NCBI GenBank assembly: GCA_049840735.1
Contig: JASGJN010000017.1
Coordinates: 416,001-480,000 of the forward strand
DNA: 64,000 bases
Direction: 5' to 3'
From: Anaeromyxobacter sp.
GTDB lineage: Bacteria; Myxococcota; Myxococcia; Myxococcales; Anaeromyxobacteraceae
In this document: in pieces, positions 54,048-64,000 of the stretch
Layout: each line of letters opens with the position of its first letter
Numbering within the stretch: position 1 is the first letter of the stretch
Position numbers and translations under genes: made by a program
The notes under the pieces: model-generated
Databases searched by the model: none
The model's input: only the letters and a program-made list of their open reading frames with translations
What the model was told of the DNA's origin: nothing

Positions 54048-55829
54048 ATGGATGCCCGCATCGAGCTCGACACCCGCCTGCAGGCGCGCCGCGCCCGCGT
54101 GGCCCAGCTGGACCGCTCCGACGCCGCCGTGGCCCGCGCCCGCCTGGTGATCTTCCTGGTCGCGGCCGCCACCGCCGTGATCGCCTGGCGCGGCCAGGTG
54201 CCCTGGGCCTGGCTGGCCGCCCCCGCCGCCGCCTTCGTGGCCCTGGTGGTCACGCACGACCGCGTGCTGCGCGCCCGGGAGCGGGCGCGGCGGGCGGTGG
54301 CCTTCCACGAGGGCGCGCTCTCGCGCCTGGACGGCACCTTCGCCGGCAAGGGGGTCCAGGGCGAGCGGTTCGCCGAGCCGGGGCACCCCTACGCCGCCGA
54401 CCTGGACCTGTTCGGCTCCGGCGCGCTCTTCGAGCTGCTCTGCACGGCGCGGACGCGCCCGGGCGAGGAGCTGCTGGCGCGCTGGCTGCTCACGCCCGCG
54501 GCGGCGGCCGAGGTGCGCGCGCGCCAGCGGGCGGTGGCGGAGCTGCTCCCCCGCCTCGACCTGCGCGAGGACCTGGCGGTCGTGGGCGAGGACGTGCGCG
54601 CCGCGGTGGACCCGGCCTCGCTCGCCGCCTGGGGCGCGGCGCGCCCGTCGCTGCCGGCCTGGGCGGCGCCCGCGGGGGCGGTGCTGGCGGTCGCCGGCGC
54701 GGGGGCGCTCGGGTACTGGCTCACCGGCCACTCCTGGCTGCCGCTGCTGGTCATGGCGCTGATCGCCTGGGGCTTCCGGCGGCTGGTGGCGCCCTCGCTG
54801 CAGGGCGTGCTGGGCGGGCTGGACCGCCCGGCGGCGGAGCTGCGCGTGCTGGCCCTCTTGCTGGCGCGGCTGGAGGCGGAGCCGCTCCGGGACGAGCGGC
54901 TGGTGGCCCTCCAGGCGCGGCTGCGGGGGCCGGAGGGGCTGGCCTCGCAGCGCATCGCCCGGCTGGAGCGGCTGGCGACGCGGCTGGAGTGGGAGCGCAA
55001 CCAGCTCTTCGCGCCCATCGGGTTCCTGCTGCACTGGAGCGTGCTGCTGGGGGCCGCGGTGGAGCGCTGGCGCCGCAGCTCCGGGCCGGCCATCGGCGAG
55101 TGGCTGGCGGCCTCGGCCGAGCTGGAGGCGCTGGCCTCGGTGGCGGGCTACGCGCACGAGCACCCCGGCCACGTGGTGCCGGAGGTGCTCGATCCCGCCC
55201 CCGGCGCGCTGCCGGTGCTGGAGGGCGAGGCGGTCCGGCACCCGCTGCTGGCCGAGGCGGTCGCCAACGACCTGCGCCTGGGCGGGACCGGGCCGCGCGC
55301 CCTGCTGGTCTCCGGCTCCAACATGTCCGGCAAGAGCACCTACCTGCGCACGGTGGGCGTCAACGTGGTGCTGGCGCTGGTGGGGGCGCCGGTGCGCGCC
55401 GCCCGGCTCCGCCTCACGCCGCTCCACCCGGGCGCCACGCTGCGCATCCAGGACTCGCTGCAGGCGGGCCGCTCGCGCTTCTACGCCGAGATCAGCCGGC
55501 TGAAGGAGCTGGTGGACCTGACCGCCGGCCCGCTGCCGCTCCTGTTCCTGCTCGACGAGATCCTCCACGGCACCAACAGCCACGACCGGCGCATCGGCGC
55601 GGCGGCGCTGGTCCGCACGCTGCTGGCGCGCGGGGCCATCGGGCTGGTCACCACCCACGACCTGGCGCTGACCGAGCTGGCCGGCGGCGCCGGGGCCGCG
55701 CTCGACAACGCACACTTCGAGGACCAGGTCCGCGACGGCGCCATCGCCTTCGACTACCGGCTGCGGCCAGGGGTGGTGGCCCACTCCAACGCGCTGGCGC
55801 TGATGCGGGCGGTGGGGCTGGAGGTGTAG
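54048..55829 (+). CDS. Membrane-associated MutS-related ATPase (domain V only)
   Basis: N-terminal TM pairs, DLDLFG, GSNMSGKST, SRFYAEI, LLDEILHGTN, TTHDL. Confidence 0.9.
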   Translation: MDARIELDTRLQARRARVAQLDRSDAAVARARLVIFLVAAATAVIAWRGQVPWAWLAAPAAAFVALVVTHDRVLRARERARRAVAFHEGALSRLDGTFAGKGVQGERFAEPGHPYAADLDLFGSGALFELLCTARTRPGEELLARWLLTPAAAAEVRARQRAVAELLPRLDLREDLAVVGEDVRAAVDPASLAAWGAARPSLPAWAAPAGAVLAVAGAGALGYWLTGHSWLPLLVMALIAWGFRRLVAPSLQGVLGGLDRPAAELRVLALLLARLEAEPLRDERLVALQARLRGPEGLASQRIARLERLATRLEWERNQLFAPIGFLLHWSVLLGAAVERWRRSSGPAIGEWLAASAELEALASVAGYAHEHPGHVVPEVLDPAPGALPVLEGEAVRHPLLAEAVANDLRLGGTGPRALLVSGSNMSGKSTYLRTVGVNVVLALVGAPVRAARLRLTPLHPGATLRIQDSLQAGRSRFYAEISRLKELVDLTAGPLPLLFLLDEILHGTNSHDRRIGAAALVRTLLARGAIGLVTTHDLALTELAGGAGAALDNAHFEDQVRDGAIAFDYRLRPGVVAHSNALALMRAVGLEV

Positions 55830-56823
55830 TCGAGCCCTCCACCGTCAGGATCTCCGCCCCGTCCTCGGTGACGGCCAGCGTGTGCTCGAACTGCGCCGAG
55901 CGCTTGCCGTCGTGGGTCACGGCCGTCCAGCCGTCGTCCCAGAGCGCGTCCTGCCAGTCGCCCTCGGTGATCATGGGCTCGACCGTGAAGGTCATCCCGG
56001 GCTGCATGATGCGGCGCATGCCAGGGTCGTAGTGGTGGGGGATCTGGATGGTGGTGTGGAAGGTCTCGCCGATGCCGTGGCCGCAGTAGGCCCGCACCAC
56101 GCCGTAGCGGTGGCGCGAGGCGTGGGCCTCGATGGCCTTGCCAATCTCCGAGATGGGCTTGCCGGGCTGGACCGCCGCAATCCCCTGCTGCAGGCACTCG
56201 CGGGCCACCTGCACCAGCTTGCGCCCTTCGGCGTCCACCTCGCCCACCAGGAAGGTGGCGGAGCAGTCGCCGTGCATCCCCTCCAGGAAGACGGTGATGT
56301 CGAGGTTGACGATGTCCCCGTCCTCCAGCGGCCGGCTGTCCGGGATACCGTGGCAGATGACCTCGTTCACCGAGGTGCAGATCGACTTGGGGAAGCCGCG
56401 GTAGTTGAGCGGGCTGGGGTAGCCGCCCAGGCGGATGGTCTCCTGGTGGGCCAGGTCGTCCAGCGCGTCGGTGGTGATGCCCGGCCGGACCGCCTCGCCG
56501 GCGACCCGGAGCACCCGCGCCGCCGCGCGGCAGGCGTGGCGCAGCCGCTCCAGCTCCTCCGGCGTCTTGACGTCCTTCCCCTGGGCGCGCGGGCGCCCCG
56601 TGGCGGCGTAGTCCGGACGCACGATGTGCGGCGGGACGGCGCGCCGCGGCGAGACCACCCCGGGCGCGAGCGGCCGGCGGCGGCGCACCGGAGCGGCGAC
56701 GCCGGTCGCGGCCGCGGCGTCGTCGGCCGGGCCGTGGCACTTCTTGTACTTCTGGCCGCTCCCGCAGTGGCAGGGGTCGTTCCGGCCGGGCCGGGAGCGC
56801 ACGGTGGGCTGGGAGGTGGTCAC
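55830..56823 (-). CDS. map: Type I methionine aminopeptidase with N-terminal SEC-C motif (3' end approximate)
   Basis: GRNDPCHCGSGQKYKKCH; FPKSICTSVNEVICHGIP, GHGIG, TVEPM, SAQFEHT. Homology ends at EILT; as given the frame runs to 55648. Confidence 0.92.
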
Positions 56824-56868
56824 GCGCGGTCCTCCCGCGCCAGGGCGACGTGGTTCATCCCCCCCGTT

Positions 56869-57480
56869 CTAAGGGGAATGGCCGGTCCGGGCAATCTCGC
56901 GCCTGCGGAAGGGCGGGTCGGGGCCCGGCGCGGGCCCCCTCCCCCCGTACCCCCCATCACGCAGGCTCGAGCCGAATGGGCGGCGTGATCGAATCTGCGC
57001 GGGCGAGTCGGTCTGGCCGGGGATGGACGCCCTCGGCTGCCCCTCCTCCTCCAGCTCCTCGGCCAGCTGCTGCATGCGGCCGCCCAGGTCCTCCAGCTCC
57101 TCCTTCGAGCAGTTCTCCTGCACCAGCGGGAAGAGCTCCTGCTCCTCCTCCTCGACGTGGTGCTCGACCTGCTCCTGCAGGACCTTCACCTTGGCCTGGA
57201 ACTGCGGGTCGTCCAGGTCCGACCCCATGATGTCGGCCAGCAGCTTCTTCATGGCCAGGTGCTCCTCCACCGACTCGCGCAGGAGCTCCTCGGTGTTCTC
57301 CTGCTTCGACTCCGGGTAGAAGAGCTTCTCCTCGATGGTGGCGTGGACGGCCAGCGCGTCGCCGATCTGCTGGCAGAGCCGCTCGCGCGTCTTGCGCGCG
57401 CCCTCGCCCGTCCCCTCGAACTCCTCGAACAGCTCGTTCACCTCCTGATGCTGCTGCTTCAGCAACTCAATCGCGTTCAC
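56869..57480 (-). CDS. Hemerythrin/HHE-domain protein (true stop may be near 56990)
   Basis: AIELLKQQH, HATIEEKLFYP, EEH, HHVEEEE..LFP. GGAG RBS. Confidence 0.85.
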   Translation of the reverse strand: MNAIELLKQQHQEVNELFEEFEGTGEGARKTRERLCQQIGDALAVHATIEEKLFYPESKQENTEELLRESVEEHLAMKKLLADIMGSDLDDPQFQAKVKVLQEQVEHHVEEEEQELFPLVQENCSKEELEDLGGRMQQLAEELEEEGQPRASIPGQTDSPAQIRSRRPFGSSLRDGGYGGRGPAPGPDPPFRRREIARTGHSP

Positions 57481-57638
57481 GGCGTCTCCTCCCTTTCCCG
57501 GAGGCTAGGCACTGGACGCGGGCGGGGCCGGACGCCCCCGGGCAGCTCGCCCGCGGACCCCCGGCCCCGTCGTTTCCCGTACATGCTGGCGCGCCGGGAA
57601 CCGCGCGGGCCTCCGGCGCACCGGCCACGGCCCGGGCG

Positions 57639-59921
57639 TCAGGCCGCCCGCTTGATCTCCTGGGCGACGTCCGGCTCCGCGCGGCGGAGGCGGAGGTCGA
57701 TCACGATGGCGCGCAGCACGAAGACCAGCAGCGCCACCGCGCCCACGTCGAAGACCAGGTCGGGCACCACGCGCGCCCAGGTGAAGGCGTGCATCACCGC
57801 GCTCCCGGTGACCTCCGGGCTGCGGGCGTACCAGAGCCCCTCCTTCACGCCGATGGCCAGCTGGTAGATGCCCGCCGGCAGCAGCGAGAAGACGATCATG
57901 CCGGCCAGGCCGCCGTTGAGCCCCCAGAACGCCACCTTCAGGAGCCGGTCGCTCCAGGCCGCGGTCCGCACGATGTTGCGCATCGAGAAGAGCATCAGCG
58001 CGATGGCCAGGAAGCCGTACACGCCGAAGAGCGCGCCGTGCGAGTGGATGGGCGTCGTGTTGAGCCCCTGCGCGTAGTAGAGGACGATGGGCGGGTTGAT
58101 GAGGAAGCCCAGCACGCCGGCGCCCACCGCGTTCCAGAAGGCCACCGCCACGAAGAAGTAGAGCGGCCAGCGCCAGGGGGTGGCGTTCCCGCCGGAGCGG
58201 GCCAGCTTCAGGTTCTCGAACACCTCGAAGCCCAGCAGCGTGAGCGGGACGATCTCCAGCGCCGAGAAGGTGGCGCCCAGCGCGGTGATGAAGAGCGGCG
58301 AGCCGGTGAAGTAGAGGTGGTGGAAGGTGCCGATGATGCCGGCGCCCAGGTAGAGCAGGATGGAGAAGTGGGTGGCCCGCTGGGCCGCCTTCACACCGAC
58401 CGCGCCGATGCGGGAGAGGATGAAGGCCAGGGCGACGGTGGCGAAGACCTCGAAGAAGTTCTCCACCCACAGGTGCACCACCCACCAGCGCCAGTAGTCG
58501 GCGACGGCGATGTGCGAGCCGGGGGTGTAGAGCAGGCCGACCGCGTAGAAGAGCGGGATGGAGACCGAGGCGTAGAGCAGCAGGTGGGTGAGGCCGCCCT
58601 TGTCCTGCTCGGCCGCCAGGGCCGGCTTGATGGCGCGGTAGACCAGCCCCAGCCAGAGCAGCATCCCGGCGATCAGGGCCACCTGCCAGACGCGCCCGAG
58701 CTCGATGTACTCGTAGCCCTGGTGGCCGACCAGCCAGCCGTCGGGGCCGGAGAGCTTGCCGGCCACGCCCAGGTAGGTGCCCGCCAGCGCGCCCACCACC
58801 ACCACCACCAGCGCGCCCAGCAGCACGTAGACCAGCGCCTTCTGGCCCTTCGGCTCGTGGCCGCCGGTGACCAGCGGCCCGATGAAGAGGCCGGTGGCGA
58901 GCCAGCAGGTGGCGATCCAGAAGACGGCCAGCTGCAGGTGCCAGCCGCGGGTGGCGGCGTAGGGCAGCAGCGCCCCCACCTCGACGCCGAAGAGCTTGTT
59001 GCCCTCCACCGCGTAGTGGCCGGTCACCGAGCCGAGCAGGGCCTGCAGGATGAAGAGCAGGATGGCCACGGCGAAGTAGGGCAGCGCGGCGCGCTGGCTG
59101 GGCGTCGGGTTCGGCTCCTTGAACGCCGCGATGCGGGCCGGCTCCTCGGGGTCGGCCGCGCGCATGCGGAGGTAGGCGAAGATGGCGATGGCGGTGCCCA
59201 GGATGAGCAGCACCACCGAGACGATGGACCAGACCAGCGAGGAGGGCAGCGGCACGTTCCCGACCAGCGGGTCGTGCGGGAAGTTCGCGGTGTAGCTGTA
59301 GGTCTCGCCGGGGCGGTCGGTGCCGGCGGCCCAGGCGGTCCAGTAGAAGAAGGTGGTCAGGGCCCGCGCGTCGTCCGGGTCGGCCACGAAGCCGGCCGGG
59401 ATGGACATGGCGTCCGAGCCGTCGTGGAAGAGCTGGGTGTAGTAGGCCACCAGCGCCGGGAAGGCGGCGGCCTGGCCGGGCGAGAGGGTCAGCGTGTCGG
59501 TGGCCGGGTCGTAGCGGTTCTGGCGCAGCTCCTCCGCCACCTCCGCCTCGACCCGCCCGCGTTCGCCGGCGGGCAGCGCCTTGAGGTCACCCTGGGTGAA
59601 CGCGGCCGCCTCGACCGGCGCCAGCCCGCGGCGCAGGCCGGCGGTGGTGAGGCCGATCCGGTGCAGCGCGTCGGCCGACCAGTCCGGCGCCAGGTAGGCG
59701 CCGTGGCCCCAGATCGAGCCGGTCTGCTGGCCGCCGCGGGAGAGGTACTGCCGCTGGCCCAGCGCGACGTCGGCGGCGGTGAACAGCACCTCGCCGGAGG
59801 GCGACACCACGCGGCCGGGGATGGGCGGCTTGTGCGCGCTGATCTGCGCGCCGCCGAAGATCAGGACGGTGAACGCGGCCACGATGACGAAGAGGAGTAC
59901 GGCTCTGGACTTTCCGCTCAC
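57639..59921 (-). CDS. norZ: Quinol-dependent nitric oxide reductase (qNOR)
   Basis: GSIWGHGAYLAPDW, WHLQ, GYEYIELGR, WRWWVVHLWVE..FE, GTFHH, HSHGALFGVYG. Confidence 0.95.
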   Translation of the reverse strand: MSGKSRAVLLFVIVAAFTVLIFGGAQISAHKPPIPGRVVSPSGEVLFTAADVALGQRQYLSRGGQQTGSIWGHGAYLAPDWSADALHRIGLTTAGLRRGLAPVEAAAFTQGDLKALPAGERGRVEAEVAEELRQNRYDPATDTLTLSPGQAAAFPALVAYYTQLFHDGSDAMSIPAGFVADPDDARALTTFFYWTAWAAGTDRPGETYSYTANFPHDPLVGNVPLPSSLVWSIVSVVLLILGTAIAIFAYLRMRAADPEEPARIAAFKEPNPTPSQRAALPYFAVAILLFILQALLGSVTGHYAVEGNKLFGVEVGALLPYAATRGWHLQLAVFWIATCWLATGLFIGPLVTGGHEPKGQKALVYVLLGALVVVVVGALAGTYLGVAGKLSGPDGWLVGHQGYEYIELGRVWQVALIAGMLLWLGLVYRAIKPALAAEQDKGGLTHLLLYASVSIPLFYAVGLLYTPGSHIAVADYWRWWVVHLWVENFFEVFATVALAFILSRIGAVGVKAAQRATHFSILLYLGAGIIGTFHHLYFTGSPLFITALGATFSALEIVPLTLLGFEVFENLKLARSGGNATPWRWPLYFFVAVAFWNAVGAGVLGFLINPPIVLYYAQGLNTTPIHSHGALFGVYGFLAIALMLFSMRNIVRTAAWSDRLLKVAFWGLNGGLAGMIVFSLLPAGIYQLAIGVKEGLWYARSPEVTGSAVMHAFTWARVVPDLVFDVGAVALLVFVLRAIVIDLRLRRAEPDVAQEIKRAA

Positions 59922-59991
59922 GGGTTGACTCTCCTGGTGCAGGGCACTGCAGCGGCCGGGGGGCTCCCGGCCTCGTTGCCAGCGTTCTCGT

Positions 59992-60579
59992 TCAGGCGCC
60001 GCAGCCGAAGCGCTGCGGACGGGGGTGGGCCACCGGCGCGTACCTGGCCACCAGCTCCTCGGCCAGCGCCTGGAGCCGCGCCTGCGGCGCCGCGCGCTCG
60101 GCCTCGCGGCGGGCGCAGGCCTCGCCCACCGCGGCGAGGACCTCGGCGGGCAGGTGCTGCTCCGCCATCGGGTAGAGGATGGCGTCCTCCTTGTGGATGT
60201 GGGCGTGGAGCAGCGCGGCGAAGCCGTGCGCGTCCTCGGCGATGGCCTGCCGGTCGGCGTCGGTCCACGGCGTGGCCTGCTCGGCGCGCGCGCGCAGCGA
60301 CCGGACCAGGGTGCGGCCCAGGTCGTGCTCGTGGAGCATCACCGCCAGCGGGCCGCCCTGCGAAGGGAAGCCGTGCTCCACCATGGCGGCGAAGAGGATG
60401 GCCTCCTCCTTGCCGTGGTGCGCCTCGTCGGCGAAGTCGCGCAGGAAGGCGACGAACCTGCCCAGCTCCTCGCGCTCGGTCACGCCGCGGCGGCACACCT
60501 CGTCGGCGAACGCCTCCAGGGCGTCGAGCGCGCGCTCGATCGTCCGGTGTTCCTCCATCAGCAGCTCGATGGCGTCCAT
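59992..60579 (-). CDS. Hemerythrin-domain protein upstream of qNOR
   Basis: LMEEH, HHGKEE..LF, GPLAVMLHEH, HIHKED.ILYP. GGAGAGAGG RBS. Confidence 0.88.
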   Translation of the reverse strand: MDAIELLMEEHRTIERALDALEAFADEVCRRGVTEREELGRFVAFLRDFADEAHHGKEEAILFAAMVEHGFPSQGGPLAVMLHEHDLGRTLVRSLRARAEQATPWTDADRQAIAEDAHGFAALLHAHIHKEDAILYPMAEQHLPAEVLAAVGEACARREAERAAPQARLQALAEELVARYAPVAHPRPQRFGCGA

Positions 60580-60628
60580 CGTGTTCCTCTCTCCGGCGGG
60601 GGCCGGCGTCGTTCCGCGCCCCACCTAG

Positions 60629-60644
60629 AGCAAGGAGCCTGCCG
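60629..60644 (-). promoter_or_regulatory. Sigma54 promoter of the hemerythrin-qNOR operon
   Basis: Minus strand CGGCAGGCTCCTTGCT (GG-N10-GC), 50 nt upstream of ATG 60579, with a divergent enhancer-binding protein gene. Confidence 0.75.
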
Positions 60645-60747
60645 ACTGCACAAGTGGCCGTCATCACAGGGATCCGGCGCGCTCCGGGCGGGCCGCGCAC
60701 CCAAGGTTGGTTGTGCCCGGCACCGTCCTGTGGGTATCCACCTTGGG

Positions 60748-62336
<1,589 letters not shown>

Positions 62337-64000
62337 CTACCGCGCCCCGCGCCCGGCGTGCAGCCGGAAGATGTCGGCCAGCAGCACGCCCGCGGTGGAG
62401 GCCGCGCCCACGCCCGCGCCGGCCACCAGCAGCGGGCGGTCGGCGTGGCGGGCGGTGGTGAAGGCCACGTAGGCCTCCACGCCGGAGAGCCGGCCGGCGG
62501 GGTGATCGGCCGAGACCGCCACCGGCCCCACCTGCAGCGAGAGCCGGCCGTTCCCGGCCGGGCCGAGCCGCGCCACGTAGCGGAGCACCTGCCCGTCGCG
62601 GCGCAGCTCCTCGGCGCGCGCGGCCATGGCCTCGTCGTGGGTCCGCAGCTGGGCGATGAGCGCGTCGGGGGTGCCCGGGGCCAGCAGCGCCGGGGGGACC
62701 AGCGGCTCGAGGGCCACGTCCTCCAGCTCCACCTGCGCCCCCAGCTCGCGGGCCAGGATCACCGCCTTGCGGGCCGAGTCCAGGCCGGAGAGGTCGTCGC
62801 GCGGGTCGGCCTCGGCGTAGCCCAGCCCCATGGCCCAGCGGAGCGCCAGCGACAGCGCCGTCCCGCGCTGCACCTCGCTCACCAGGAACCCCAGCGTGCC
62901 GGAGAGCGAGCCCTCCACCCGGACCACCCGGTCGCCGCTCTCCAGCAGCCGCCGCAGCGTGCCGATCACCGGCAGGCTGGCGCCCACCGCGCCGTCGTAG
63001 AGCCACTGCCGGCCGTGCTGGCGGCGCGACTCGCGGGCCAGGTCCAGCGCGCGGCTCCCGGCGGCCAGCGGCAGCTTGTTGGAGCCGACCACGTCGATGC
63101 CGCGGCGGAAGGCCTGCGCGTAGACCTCCTCCATGCCGGCCGCCGCGGTCACGTCCACCAGCACCGGGTTGGGCAGCGCCGCCAGCCGGTCCAGCAGCGC
63201 CGGGGCGCTGCGGGCGTCGAGCGCGCCGCTGGCGGGGGCGCCGGCCAGCCGGTCGCGCCAGCCCTCGAGGTCGATGCCGTCTCCGTCCAGCACCGCGCCG
63301 CGCCGGTCCGCCAGGCCCACCACCCGCAGCACCACGTCGTAGTCGCGCTCCAGCTCGGTGCGCTGGACGCGGATCTGCTCCAGCAGCTCGGTCCCGACCT
63401 TCCCCTTCCCCGCCACCAGCAGGGACAGCCCGCGCTCGCGGAAGCCGCGCGCCAGCGGCTCCCCCTCCACCGGGCGCGGCCGCTCCTCGCCGCGGAAGCC
63501 GGCCACCATGTCGGAGAGCCGGTCCACGTCGATGAGGAAGGCGTCATGGCCGTGCGGCGAGTCGAGCACCGCCAGGCGGGCGCCGGGGACGCCCCGGGCC
63601 ACCTGCCGCTGCTCCTCCGGCCAGTAGATGACGTCGGAGTCGATGGAGACCACCAGGGTGGGCACGCGGAGGGTCCGGAGGACGTCCTCCAGGTCCCCGC
63701 CCCGGCCGCGGGTCACGTCCTGGGTGTCCATGGCCCGGGTGAGCGTGATGTAGGTGGCAGCGTCGAAGCGCTCCACCAGCTGCCGCCCCTGGTAGCGGAG
63801 GTAGCTCTCCACCGCGAACTGGTCCTCGGCCTGGGGGCGGCGCCCGAAGCGCTCCTCGAAGGAGGGCGCGCTGCGATAGCTCAGCATGGCCATCATGCGG
63901 GCCGCGCCCAGGCCGGCGTCGGGCGGGGCATCCAGGCTGTAGCGGCCGTCGGCCCAGCGCGGGTCGGCGTAGATGGCCTGCCGCTGCGCCTCGGAGGTGC
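62337..64000 (-). CDS. Homoserine O-acyltransferase (MetX) fused to homoserine dehydrogenase; 5' part outside the window
   Basis: ARMMAMLSYR, VESYLRYQG...RFDA, IDSD, SPHGHDAFL; then GKGKVG, SNK, VGASLPVI, SGT, EADPRDDLSGLDSARK in one frame. Confidence 0.88.
   Translation of the reverse strand, partial: TSEAQRQAIYADPRWADGRYSLDAPPDAGLGAARMMAMLSYRSAPSFEERFGRRPQAEDQFAVESYLRYQGRQLVERFDAATYITLTRAMDTQDVTRGRGGDLEDVLRTLRVPTLVVSIDSDVIYWPEEQRQVARGVPGARLAVLDSPHGHDAFLIDVDRLSDMVAGFRGEERPRPVEGEPLARGFRERGLSLLVAGKGKVGTELLEQIRVQRTELERDYDVVLRVVGLADRRGAVLDGDGIDLEGWRDRLAGAPASGALDARSAPALLDRLAALPNPVLVDVTAAAGMEEVYAQAFRRGIDVVGSNKLPLAAGSRALDLARESRRQHGRQWLYDGAVGASLPVIGTLRRLLESGDRVVRVEGSLSGTLGFLVSEVQRGTALSLALRWAMGLGYAEADPRDDLSGLDSARKAVILARELGAQVELEDVALEPLVPPALLAPGTPDALIAQLRTHDEAMAARAEELRRDGQVLRYVARLGPAGNGRLSLQVGPVAVSADHPAGRLSGVEAYVAFTTARHADRPLLVAGAGVGAASTAGVLLADIFRLHAGRGAR

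Noticed and set aside
55648..55829. MetAP C-terminal extension overlapping the MutS-like gene
   Set aside because: Homology ends at EILT; removing one base at 55830-55833 gives a TGA abutting the convergent stop
60645..60747. NorR binding sites
   Set aside because: No convincing GT-N7-AC triplet found by eye

Overview
Very GC-rich window with the gene content and style of an Anaeromyxobacter-like myxobacterium (taxon is inferred, not proven). About 50 CDSs, in order: rhodanese plus CoA-disulfide/persulfide reductase; trehalose/maltose-type ABC importer; otsBA (OtsA carries a membrane/periplasmic N-terminal extension); a CPA2 antiporter with rpiB-gnd-zwf-pgl; a probable ~1550-aa acyl-CoA-ligase / pseudokinase-like / GNAT protein 9 nt upstream of a Thermus-type homocitrate synthase; SUFU-like protein, EamA, patatin, D-cysteine desulfhydrase; collagen-like lipoprotein and MCP; a tRNA-modification cluster (DTW/TapT plus a divergent Tgt fused to an MnmC-like methyltransferase); a tetraheme cytochrome-FeS-NrfD module; B12 radical SAM; ClC, MFS, M1 peptidase, acyl-CoA dehydrogenase, hybrid kinase; egtBD; membrane MutS-like protein; SEC-C-MetAP; a sigma54-controlled qNOR/hemerythrin locus; and a MetX-homoserine dehydrogenase fusion. 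Non-coding features: a REP-like palindromic repeat family at four loci, a candidate ~195-nt structured element, two good sigma54 promoters and tandem FNR-like boxes. No tRNA, rRNA, CRISPR array or transposase was seen. About 13 frameshifts and one in-frame TGA mostly fall at GATC sites, so they are best read as methylation-linked long-read errors rather than pseudogenes. The strongest candidate for a new system is the ligase-pseudokinase-GNAT protein plus homocitrate synthase pair (16306-22103).
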